From Plasmodiophora brassicae (lineage: Eukaryota): DNA of 64,000 nt. Below the pieces are notes generated by a model. It ran no database searches. It saw nothing but the letters and a program-made list of their open reading frames with translations, and was not told the DNA's origin. This document shows, one piece after another, positions 48,848 through 58,430 of this stretch (position 1 is the first letter of the stretch; the number at the start of each line of letters is the position of its first letter). The stretch spans positions 62,001 to 126,000 of the forward strand of contig CP145410.1 in assembly GCA_036867785.1 (NCBI GenBank). Direction: 5' to 3'. Position numbers and translations under genes: made by a program.

Positions 48848-49987
48848 TCATATGTCGAGGGCCTCCTCGTCCAGGGCGTCGATATCAAATTCGTGTAGAG
48901 GGGCGATTTGCGACGACAGCATGATCTTCGATGCGCCACGATCCGCCGAATGCTGCTGTTGCTGACCCTGCGAACCGGCGACCTGCGAACTGAGTCTGAT
49001 GTTCAGCGGCGACTCCCGTTCGAACATGATGCACGCTTGATCGACAGTCGTGTGCATTCCGACGTGCGGCCCTTGCATATCGAGATCGTCTCTATCCGCG
49101 TGCCCTTGCACTGAAGGCGATGGACTGTCGAGCTCCTTCCCGTTGATTTCGGCCTGGTCCGGACCCGTGCCGTCGCGCTGACCGCTGCCATCGTCCGATT
49201 CCAATCGTGGTCGAACAAGGCGATGGAACGAGCGCACGTCAGCGCGTTCTGGACTGCCCAGGCGTGGGCGCACGTGGCTCTCCACGGTACTGCTGCCGAC
49301 GCTGTTCTCCATGTTGTACGGCACGACCAGCTCGACGTTCGCCAGACACACGTTCAGGTAATGGTTCGACCGTGTGGGTGAGAACACGGTTACATTGCTC
49401 AACTGCAATACGACGTCACCGGTGGGATCGGGAAAGACGATGTGTCTCTGCAGCGAACGTACCACGAGAACCGCGCCGACGTCGATACTGTCCCGGTGGG
49501 CGTCCAGCACTTGGCCGTGGATCGAGCCCTGCATTGTCCCACTCAAGTCCTGCCAGGTGGGGCGATCAGGCACGGCGACGACCTGTCTTCGAAACGGCCC
49601 GCTCGTACCCGGAACGTTGCAAACGCATTGTGACGCAGTCGGTCGAGGTTTACAACGGCAACCGCCAATCGGGGCACCTTCCAATTCGCGTCCGAGCACC
49701 CCGACCTGGACAACGATGACAGCATCTGCGCGTGCACGTTGGTATCCGCATTCCGACACTGTGCGATTGAACCCGTAGACCTGCGTCGGCGGCGGGTTGC
49801 TCCCGGTCGTCTCCAGCATTCGCCGCCAGGGCGCCGACCCGGCCAGCAGGTCGGCCGCGGATCGCCGCTCATCGCCGTCGTAGGCCTGGCGCGGCGCCGA
49901 CCGGATCCGGGCGTCGAACGCGGCGGCCGTCGCCGCCGTCAGGCTCGGCAACGGCTCCCCAGCCGGCCCCGGTGCCCGGCGCTGCAT
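48848..49987 (-). CDS. HROB: HROB/MCM8IP-like OB-fold protein (DUF4539)
   Basis: PGPAG motif, APWRRM, DLSGTMQGSIH...GAVLV and VFSPTRSNHYLNV. Confidence 0.75.
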   Translation of the reverse strand: MQRRAPGPAGEPLPSLTAATAAAFDARIRSAPRQAYDGDERRSAADLLAGSAPWRRMLETTGSNPPPTQVYGFNRTVSECGYQRARADAVIVVQVGVLGRELEGAPIGGCRCKPRPTASQCVCNVPGTSGPFRRQVVAVPDRPTWQDLSGTMQGSIHGQVLDAHRDSIDVGAVLVVRSLQRHIVFPDPTGDVVLQLSNVTVFSPTRSNHYLNVCLANVELVVPYNMENSVGSSTVESHVRPRLGSPERADVRSFHRLVRPRLESDDGSGQRDGTGPDQAEINGKELDSPSPSVQGHADRDDLDMQGPHVGMHTTVDQACIMFERESPLNIRLSSQVAGSQGQQQQHSADRGASKIMLSSQIAPLHEFDIDALDEEALDI

Positions 49988-50425
49988 TTACGCCGAATGA
50001 CGAGCGTGCCGCGACTCGGCCGCATGACTGCACCGTCGACCCCCCAGTCAGCAGCTTCGCAGACACAGCAGCGCGAAGGTCCCGTGCGTGGACGATGCAC
50101 AATGGATCGATCAATCAATGCAGTCCCTGCGTCGGCAGCGAACCTGACAGCGGAGCGTCCGCTTCCGCTGACGTGGTGATGACGACCTTGTCGCCTAATA
50201 CTGGAACCCCCATAAACAATAACATGCAAGTGTCGTGCTTCTAGGATTGTATTCAGTGACGTGATGGGACAGACTTGGAAAGCCAACGATGCCAATTCCC
50301 AGGCCAGACGACAACAGGGGAGCCCACAACATGAGCAACTTCGTCAGGGCGACTTCCTCTCAGGTTGCGTGTGGACACTCCTCCCAGGCAGCAAGCACAT
50401 TGCTGCAGGGATGTCCCCTGTACAT

Positions 50426-52326
50426 TTAGCCGGCCAATTTGACAAGGCGGTCGTGTTCAGGCGGCCAAACAAAATCAGGATTGGGGATAAACTGTGCGAA
50501 TACAGTCAGAGGCCCAATAATTCATCGCCCCATTACATCAGTACCTGATCCCCTGCAAACGCGAACGAGCACACATTTGAACGAATCCACGCGGCCAGCA
50601 CGCGTGATTCCAACGCGACCGCCTGCTTTTGAGAGGCATCACGAAAGCGATCGTTGCTAATGACGATGCCGGAATTGCGACGGGCGTGCTCGATTGTGTA
50701 CGAATCATCGTAGTCGCCCTGCGGGGTGGCGATTATGGTCCCAGTGGCATAGTGAACACGCAGAAGCCCGACGTCGTCAGGCATCGCCGATGCTTTTGTT
50801 GACCAGCCCTCAAGACGACCCAAGCGTTTAAGATTCGCGACCTTCTCGTAGTCGATACAATTTTCAGGTACAAATGCATGGACTCGAAGACCACGCGCTC
50901 TAAAATAGTGAACGGCGAGCGCGAGGCCCTTGCACGAGAACGATCGATCCTTGCCGTGCTTCATGCAGATATTGGGAACGTCGAGGACGACAAGCGGGGC
51001 ATCAACCGGCCCAGAGAAGCGGTTCGAGGCTGGGTCGTACTGCATCGTCAACTTCCCCAGAGTACGCACCGATTGTGCAAGGAAATCAGGTTGGCGCCAG
51101 ATGTCTTTCTCAAGCACCGTGTCCCAGCCAGGGATCGATTCGATCGGTTCGAACCCGCGAAACATGCTCAGGATGAGAGATTCCTCGGTTTCAGGGGGTT
51201 TCGCAGACGAAGTTGCCTCGATTCCATCCAGAGACAACGTATTCGCCAAACGGGACAGGTGTGTAAGCAGACCAGAACCGGACGTCAAAAGATCAGTCCG
51301 CCTGCAGGCGCAAATGCAGAAGACAGCGAGGACAAGGTCGCGCCTCGGCATTGCCGTCACGGCCAACGATGTCATTTGCCAGCCGAACACAATGGCCAGG
51401 GCCCCCCAAGCCAGCTCCGTTGACAGGCCAAGCAAGATGACAAGAGTCTCTGGCATGTTCGGAAGCGAAGTGCTATTCTGCGACAGCGCCAGTGATCGAG
51501 AGATGGCACTGAGCTCCGCAAGGAACGGTGCCGGATCTTCACCTTGATCGTCCTCGTCGCCAGATGTGAATGCGATTTCGACGATCCGAATAATCAGACA
51601 GTTCCAGCGTTGCGGAAGCGTCGTCTGCGCCGCATCCATCGCCGCCCGATTCAGAGAGAATGCATGCAGAAGATTATTACGAGCAGGCGGAAACGGCTTC
51701 GCTGCCCACAGCGCACGAAGGTGTCCGTACACAGACCTCAGCAGGGAATCAGACCCACGTTCCTGCGCATCGAGTACAGCAACTTGGTTGTAACATTTGC
51801 CCATCGATGGGCAGATCTGAACGCCTCCAGGTCAGTCTCGAAATGTACAGATCGCTGGCGAGGCCGCGTACCGTTATGGCTTGCTGGTAGAGTTGCCGGG
51901 CTTCATTGGTATGGTGGGCATACCGCTCGAGATCACCGATGGACGAGATCGCGAGGCACTTTACGCGTTCATCCTCGGCTCGGACGTCTGAAGGCCGAAA
52001 ATCAGACCACTGCGAACGATCACCGGTAAAGGATTCTCTACAAATTTGTTGATGGACGATCTTGGCAGCGTCGATCAGCGAATGATTCTGCTCCATGGCT
52101 CGTCGCCACAGCGACCTGCGGAGGCGCGCCATCGTCAGCGCAATTGTCTAACCGTCCTGAACGACAAGGATGATTACAGCAGCCGTGTGTCGACCTTCTT
52201 CTCCAGCGCCCATGCCGGGTGCTCGATCAGGAGGCGCTGGTACAGCGCCGAGCTGCCCTCGAGGTCGAACTGGCGATCGCGGTCGACGGCCTCCTTCAGG
52301 GTCCCCCGACGACTTCCATCGGCCAT
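50426..52326 (-). CDS. EST1/SMG5-7-type TPR domain fused to a Zc3h12a/Regnase-type NYN ribonuclease
   Basis: IGDLERY...YQQA..ICPSMGKCYNQVAVL...VYGHLRAL..PFPPARNNL; C-terminal VVLDVPNICMKHG...FSCKGL, YDDSY, SNDRFRD and FIPNPD. Confidence 0.85.
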
Positions 52327-52741
52327 TGACAGCCCAGACGAAAATTACCGAATGCGGCGGTGCGCGACTGACCTTCCTCCTCAGTCCTCCCCCGACTCGG
52401 AGCGCGCGCGTAGGTCGGCGATTTTACCATTTCTGCGTCCAGCGGCGCTCAAATTCACGAGGACAGACCGCAGGCATTCGTTTGGTCGTAAACGCCACCG
52501 AATCCGACAAAGTCGTCCGCAGGCATCGTATTCATGGGAAATCCGCAATCGGTACGTTCAACAGTTCGGCACCTGATTGACGGACACCGAGACGTTGAGA
52601 CAAACAGCAGGTCTACGTGTTATCACATCATATACCGTCTTAGCAGACCCCGCCGTGTGTACCGCCTATCGGATCCCGATCGATGACCCAAAGTCCTTAA
52701 CGTAAAATTGCTGCGGACATTGCCGGGTGGAGGTCGTCATC

Positions 52742-53605
52742 ATGAAGCAGCGCCCGACGATCCCGATCCAGACGCGGGAGGAGGCGGTCGCCGCTCTCGC
52801 TGCCCACGATGCGTTGCAGGAAGCTCGCCGCATGGAGAAGCAGGTGCGAGTGTCGCAGTGGTGCCCGGTACCGTTGTCCTGCTTCGGTGACGCCCTGGTT
52901 CAGGTGAATGCCGCCGCAGCGGCTATGGAGGAGGCGTCGCTGGAGGACCTCAGACGTAAACGCATTGCTGAACTCCAATCGAAACAGTCCAAGGCGTTGG
53001 AATGGAGAGCGAAAGGCCATGGATTCTATACGGAAGTGTCCGACCAGAAGGTCAGTGAGCCCTCGACGCCCATGTCTGCGATTTCTCATCGTCGTACGAC
53101 ACAGCATTGGTTCGAGGCCACGAAGGCCAGCGAGCGCACGGTAACGCATTTCTACCGACCGACGACGCCGTTGTGCGAGCTCGTCGATGCACATCTGACA
53201 AAGATCGCCGCCAACCACGTGGAGACGAAATTCCTCAAGATCAATGCCGAGAAGTCGCCGTTCCTGTGCGATCGAATGGATATCACAGTGCTGCCGACGG
53301 TCGTCATGCTCAAGGATGGGTACGTGTGTTTCACGCTGGCTGCGATTCCCGTGTCTGATCATGACGTTTGCAGGAACATTTGCGACAAGGTCATCGGGTT
53401 CGAGACTGTTCCGAATTTGAACAAGTGCTCGACCGAAGATTTCGAACGCCGCCTGGCGTTCAACGGCGCCATCGATTACGAGGGTGATCCCCGTCGGCCC
53501 AAGGGCGAAGGCGCCCGCAAGGAGTTCTCGGTGACGAACATCCGAAAGAGCAAGCTCCACAGGGGAACCGTTGACACCTATTCGGACGACGAGGACGACG
53601 ACTAG
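52742..53605 (+). CDS. TXNDC9: Phosducin-like protein 3 / TXNDC9
   Basis: LRRKRIAEL, GHGFYTEV, HFYR, ETKFLKINAEKSPFL, LPTVVMLKDG and VIGFE. Confidence 0.9.
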   Translation: MKQRPTIPIQTREEAVAALAAHDALQEARRMEKQVRVSQWCPVPLSCFGDALVQVNAAAAAMEEASLEDLRRKRIAELQSKQSKALEWRAKGHGFYTEVSDQKVSEPSTPMSAISHRRTTQHWFEATKASERTVTHFYRPTTPLCELVDAHLTKIAANHVETKFLKINAEKSPFLCDRMDITVLPTVVMLKDGYVCFTLAAIPVSDHDVCRNICDKVIGFETVPNLNKCSTEDFERRLAFNGAIDYEGDPRRPKGEGARKEFSVTNIRKSKLHRGTVDTYSDDEDDD

Positions 53606-53669
53606 TTCGTCCTGGCAAGCGTCGCTGTGCCCCAATCGGCAGTGTGTAAACATGGTACGGATACGATGA

Positions 53670-54068
53670 TCAGAAGTCGTCCGACTCCACGTGACCCGCT
53701 GTGGCATCCGTGACGACAGTCGACCCGCCCGGCTTCATCCATACTGTGGCGTGGACGAACCCATCATTTGCACCGCTGACACGAACCTTGAAGAAGTAGT
53801 TGAGGCCCTGGCTAGCAGATTAGCCATTCCTGCACATGGCACATATACCCGCCGATGCACGACGCACGGCGACGACCTGACGCCGATACGCCACGGGTTC
53901 GAACCGGTCGAAAACGACGCCCGCCTTGCTAGCGATGCCGTCCCTGACGGCGTGGGCAACCTGCCCGCCGCTCGGTCAGCAGAGCGATAACGAGCGATCC
54001 GGCGCGTCCACCTTGGCGGCGTTCTCGTCGCAGGCCATGGCGTCGCTCCTCCCTCCACAGACCACCAT
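53670..54068 (-). CDS. Stefin (type 1 cystatin), 95 aa; exons 54068-54012, 53960-53868 and 53807-53670
   Basis: Spliced product MVVCGGRSDAMACDENAAKVAHAVRDGIASKAGVVFDRFEPVAYRRQVVAGLNYFFKVRV...FVHATVW...DDF* has the QxVxG motif and an N-terminal CGG; both introns are GT-AG. Confidence 0.9.
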
Positions 54069-54188
54069 GATGTCGAACGTCGGTGGGCCCCAAAAATCTC
54101 CCCGAATAAGACGTCGTAAGTATCGATCGTTCCCGCTGCAGTTCCATGTGCGAGGCTTTGCAGTCACGTCCCTGCCGCTGTGCCACTT

Positions 54189-55081
54189 TTAGTATCGTTT
54201 CCTGAATCGGTAGTACAGGAGACGAAGCGGTGTGGACAGGGCGCCGCCGTGCCCCGGCGCGAACCGCCGGTCGAACACGTCAAAGTTGGCGCGTTCGATC
54301 CTGTCGAGCCAGGCGCTGCACGGGACGGCCGGCAGCAGGACGGGGCGGGCGTCCGCCGGCACCGAGTCCCGCATCGACCTGGCGTGGTCCAGGTGCTGTT
54401 TCGCCTGGCACGCCAGCTCATACGTCAGGTCGGCCAGCGCCGGGTTCGCCCTGTCGAACCGGATGCCCCGAGCCAGCAAATCTCGCGGTAGGTTCGCCGA
54501 ATACCCGCCGGGGATCGCCCGAAGCGCCGTCACGATCCCAACGGCCTTGCCGATATGGCTGGCAGCGTGATCGGCATGCAGATCGCGAATGCCCATCCCA
54601 TGCAGTGTCAGGTACAACAACGTCGAATGGCAGGCCTCGAACCGCTTCTCCATATCCGCCATCGACGTCGGCTCCGTGTCGCGATCTCTGGCATCGACGA
54701 TGCTGCTGACCCATCTCCTCGGGAACGCATACGCCCCGATTGCATGCTGAAGCGCCACCGCCACAGGATGCTCGACGCGCGTCTCGGGATTCGACACCTT
54801 CTCCAGCGTATCGCGCCACCACATTAACCGAATTCGCGACATGGCCGGATCCTGCGCCGAACGATCTATGTACCAGAGCACGTCCACGTCACCAGATGAC
54901 CGGTTAGGCAGCGTACCGCGTCGTTACCGATTCGCGATACTTCGACGTTGAAGGCGCGCAGGACGAACGAGGCCGACCGGACCGTATCTGGGAGAAGCAA
55001 CGTGCACAGGTAGTGCTCGCGGTCGTGGCGCCTGACCGTGTCGACACATTGCCGCACCGCCCTCGCCAGCCGGTCCGACAT
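54189..55081 (-). CDS. NDUFAF6: Complex I assembly factor NDUFAF6 (phytoene/squalene synthase-like)
   Basis: VRRHDREHYLCTLLLP, RAFNVE, IRLMWWRD, HPVA and DHAASHIGKAVGI. Confidence 0.88.
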
Positions 55082-55236
55082 CCGCTTCGCACCGCGCGCG
55101 CGGCCCCACAAATGGTACTCTGGTTGTGGCGGTGTATGTACCTCGGAATGGACTAATGAATCAAGGTCGAAGGGAGGCGGCGCGTGCCTGTGAAGGCCCC
55201 GCGAATGATATGTTGTGACGTTGCTTGTCCGAGACG

Positions 55237-58131
55237 ATGTCGAGCACACATGGCGGCGCGCCTGTCATCGTGCCGCGCCAGGTGCTATCCGAGGAGGACA
55301 CCCAAGTCCTGTTCCGCAAAGGGAAGATCCTGTCGGAGAAGACGCACGACGCCGTGCGACGCGACAAGGCCGTCCAGCTGTACGACAGGCTGATCCAGGC
55401 GTCCACGTTGCTGACCGATGCACAGCGCGAGGAGTTCAGGGCCGCCGGTAACGGCAAGGTCCTGTACTGCACGTGCACAATCGGACCGCACGCGCTCGAC
55501 GAGAACGGCCTCCTGTTCATGAAGATGGGCGCGGACGCACGCGGCCGCCCCTGCGATTGTCGTTGCACGCAATGCTCGGCGCGTCGTGGCGATCCCCACG
55601 CCCAGTTCCTGGTCGGCGTCATGTATTCGCAGGGGTTCGGCGCCCCGAAGAACATGAACCAGGCGTTCCACTGGTTCTCGCAGGCGGCCAACAAGGAGTG
55701 CCTGCCGGCCATGTTCGCCCTCGGCTACATGTACGACAACGGGTTGAGCGTCAGGCAGAACTACGACGAAGCAATGCTCTGGTACACGAAGGCGGCGAAC
55801 GCCGGGTACCCGGCCGCCAAGTTCCAGCTCGGGTGCATGCTGGAGATGGGCCTGGGCGTCGACAAGGATTTCGCGATGGCCTTGAACCTGTGGTCGGAAG
55901 CGGCCGAGGCCGGGTACCTGCCCGCCCTGCTCCGCCTGGCGTTCGTATTCCGTCATGGGGAAGGCGTCGAACCGAACATGACGGAAGCCGGCCGGTTGTA
56001 CAAATGCGCTGCCAAGCTGGGCGATACGGCGGCCATGACCACCGTCGGGTACATGTACGAGATGGGCCAAGGTTTCGAGCAGAACTTCCAGCAGGCGCTC
56101 GACTGGTACACGACGGCGGCGAAGGCGGGCGACCTGACGGCGCAGGCCAACCTCGCCAGCATGTACGAGCGCGGGCGCGGCGTCAAACGCGACCTGGAGA
56201 TGGCCCTGTACTGGTTCGAGGCGGCCGCCCAGCAGAACGACGCCACGTCGCAGATGATCCTGGGCTCCATGTACGAGCGCATCGAGGATTACTTCAAGGC
56301 GTTTTCCTGGTTCGAGAACGCCGCCGAACAGGGCCTTCCCGAGGCGCAGCGCCGTTGTGCCGACATGGTGCTCGCTGGCAAGGGCGTCGACGTCGACGTG
56401 CAACGCGCGATCTTCTGGTACGAGCACGCCGCGGACGAGGGCGACATCGAATCGATTCGCACGCTGGGCGCGATGTTCGCCGGCGATGGCGAGTACCGCA
56501 AGCTGGTGCGTTCCGATGCGGAGAAGGCGTTCCACTGGTTCCAGAAGGGGGCGGCCGCCGACGACCCGTACTGCAAGTTCAGGACGGCCGAGTGCCTGAT
56601 CCATGGCGACGGCTGCCCGGTTAGCGTCCGGGACGCCCTGGCGCTGTACAAGGACGCTGCCACGAGAGACGACCCGAACGCGATCGTCGCCCTGGGCAAG
56701 TTGTACATCGCCGGGCAGCATGTCGAGGAGGACGCCAACAAGGGGACGCAGCTGCTCAAACGCGCTGTGGAACTCGACTCGCCCGAAGGCAAATCCGCTC
56801 TGGCCGTCCAGATGCTGCTGGGGCAGGGCATCAAGCGCGACGTGTCGACGGCGCTGAAGCTTCTGGGCGAGGCATCCGAAGCCGGGTGCGCATCCGCTGA
56901 CTTCATGCTCGGGTTCCTGTACAAGGACGGCCGGGATGTGCCCCTCGATCTGGAGCGGGCGGTGCGGCACATGACGGCGGCGGCGAACGCGGGCGATTCC
57001 AGGGCGCAGTACAGCCTGGCCTGTCTGTACAAGTCGGGGATCGGCGTGATCCAGTCGTACGAGACAGCGAAACACTGGTTCAAGAAGGCGGCCAAGGCGG
57101 GCGACCACCGGGCGCAGTACAAGCTGGGGCGGCTGTTCGAGACCGGCCGAGGCGTTGCGATCGACTTCAAGATGGCCATCAAATGGTACACGAAGGCGTC
57201 CGAGCACGGCAACGACAGAGCGATGGTGGCGCTTGGCACGCTGTACGAGAAGGGCCTGGGCGCCAAGGTCGACCTGGACCTGGCGGCCAAGTTCTATGGT
57301 CAGGCGGCATCGGCCGGATCACCGGCCGGGCTCTGCGCCCTCGGCCTGCTGTACGACCTCGGCCGTGGCGTCAAGCAATCGTACAAGAAGGCGTTGCAGA
57401 TGTACGAGGCGGCCGCCAAGCAAGGGTACCCGAAGGCCATGTTCTACCTGGGCTACCTGTTGCAGTACGGGCAGGGCGTTGCGAAAGATGTGTCGAAGGC
57501 CGCCGAATGGTACAGGAAGGCAGCGGAAGCGGGTGACGGCGACGCGGCGTTCCACCTCGGGCGCCTGTACGACGAGGGCAGTGACGGGGCGGTTCAGAGG
57601 GACGCGGGCACGGCTCGGAAATGGTACACGTCTGCTGCTCAAGGTGGGCACACGGGCGCGGCCGATCGCCTGCGGGAGCTGGGCTACCCGGTGACACTCG
57701 ACGGCGGGAGGCTGACGAGAGCGGGATCGAAGACGACCAAGGTGGTCACCGGGCCGAACGGTCTCGTCAGGCGCGTGACCGGGCAGGCGATGAGCGCAGC
57801 GAACGCGGCGACTGGATCGGCGCTCACCCAGCAGGACAGCGACGACGAGAACGATGCGCAAGGAGGCAAGCAGCGTCGTCATCGTCAGCGGGCGCAGAAC
57901 AGCGGCCAGCCGGTACGGACGGTCGAGGACAGCGTTGCAATGGCTGCCGCTGCGGCCGCTGACCTCGCTGTGCCGCCCCCTGCCGGGCAGGCCACGACCG
58001 TGCCGCCTGCAACCGACGCGCCGCAGAGCGACGCCATCCTGGCCAGAATGAAATCGCTCTGGGATGACAACGCCACGCCGGCCACCACGGGCAACGGCGC
58101 GACGCCTGCTCCGATCGATGTCGGTCAATAG
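55237..58131 (+). CDS. Sel1-like repeat protein with ~18-20 repeats, apparently intronless
   Basis: Repeated AxxxLGxMYxxGxGVxxDxxxAxxWYxxAAxxG units across one 968-codon ORF. Confidence 0.92.
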   Translation: MSSTHGGAPVIVPRQVLSEEDTQVLFRKGKILSEKTHDAVRRDKAVQLYDRLIQASTLLTDAQREEFRAAGNGKVLYCTCTIGPHALDENGLLFMKMGADARGRPCDCRCTQCSARRGDPHAQFLVGVMYSQGFGAPKNMNQAFHWFSQAANKECLPAMFALGYMYDNGLSVRQNYDEAMLWYTKAANAGYPAAKFQLGCMLEMGLGVDKDFAMALNLWSEAAEAGYLPALLRLAFVFRHGEGVEPNMTEAGRLYKCAAKLGDTAAMTTVGYMYEMGQGFEQNFQQALDWYTTAAKAGDLTAQANLASMYERGRGVKRDLEMALYWFEAAAQQNDATSQMILGSMYERIEDYFKAFSWFENAAEQGLPEAQRRCADMVLAGKGVDVDVQRAIFWYEHAADEGDIESIRTLGAMFAGDGEYRKLVRSDAEKAFHWFQKGAAADDPYCKFRTAECLIHGDGCPVSVRDALALYKDAATRDDPNAIVALGKLYIAGQHVEEDANKGTQLLKRAVELDSPEGKSALAVQMLLGQGIKRDVSTALKLLGEASEAGCASADFMLGFLYKDGRDVPLDLERAVRHMTAAANAGDSRAQYSLACLYKSGIGVIQSYETAKHWFKKAAKAGDHRAQYKLGRLFETGRGVAIDFKMAIKWYTKASEHGNDRAMVALGTLYEKGLGAKVDLDLAAKFYGQAASAGSPAGLCALGLLYDLGRGVKQSYKKALQMYEAAAKQGYPKAMFYLGYLLQYGQGVAKDVSKAAEWYRKAAEAGDGDAAFHLGRLYDEGSDGAVQRDAGTARKWYTSAAQGGHTGAADRLRELGYPVTLDGGRLTRAGSKTTKVVTGPNGLVRRVTGQAMSAANAATGSALTQQDSDDENDAQGGKQRRHRQRAQNSGQPVRTVEDSVAMAAAAAADLAVPPPAGQATTVPPATDAPQSDAILARMKSLWDDNATPATTGNGATPAPIDVGQ

Positions 58132-58430
58132 TTCGTCGACGGAATACAATACGCGTTACCGATGTATAACAGGCGTTCACCAGACAAGTGCACGGCGGGA
58201 TCCACGAGAAACCACCTTCGTAACCCGTCCCCCGATGCGTCGTTGTAGGTAACAACCGCCTGTTGGTGAGGGCAGTCCCGCACCACTATGTTGGTGGGCT
58301 CCACCGTGTCTGCCTACAGTGGCCATGGTGGTGGTGGTGGCGGCGCACGCAATACACACGGACAGCGGCGTGGCGCACAGTATCGTTATCTGGCTATGTC
58401 TTGACGGGGGACGTGGACGCCCCGACGATC

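Noticed and set aside
54189-55081. Phytoene synthase or carotenoid cluster
   Set aside because: It lacks intact DxxxD motifs and matches NDUFAF6 signatures; no carotenoid genes are adjacent.
55285-57207. 640-aa minus-strand ORF and similar long antisense ORFs (9424-10434, 15220-16146, 52697-53707)
   Set aside because: Shadow ORFs opposite well-supported high-GC3 genes, with no recognisable motifs.
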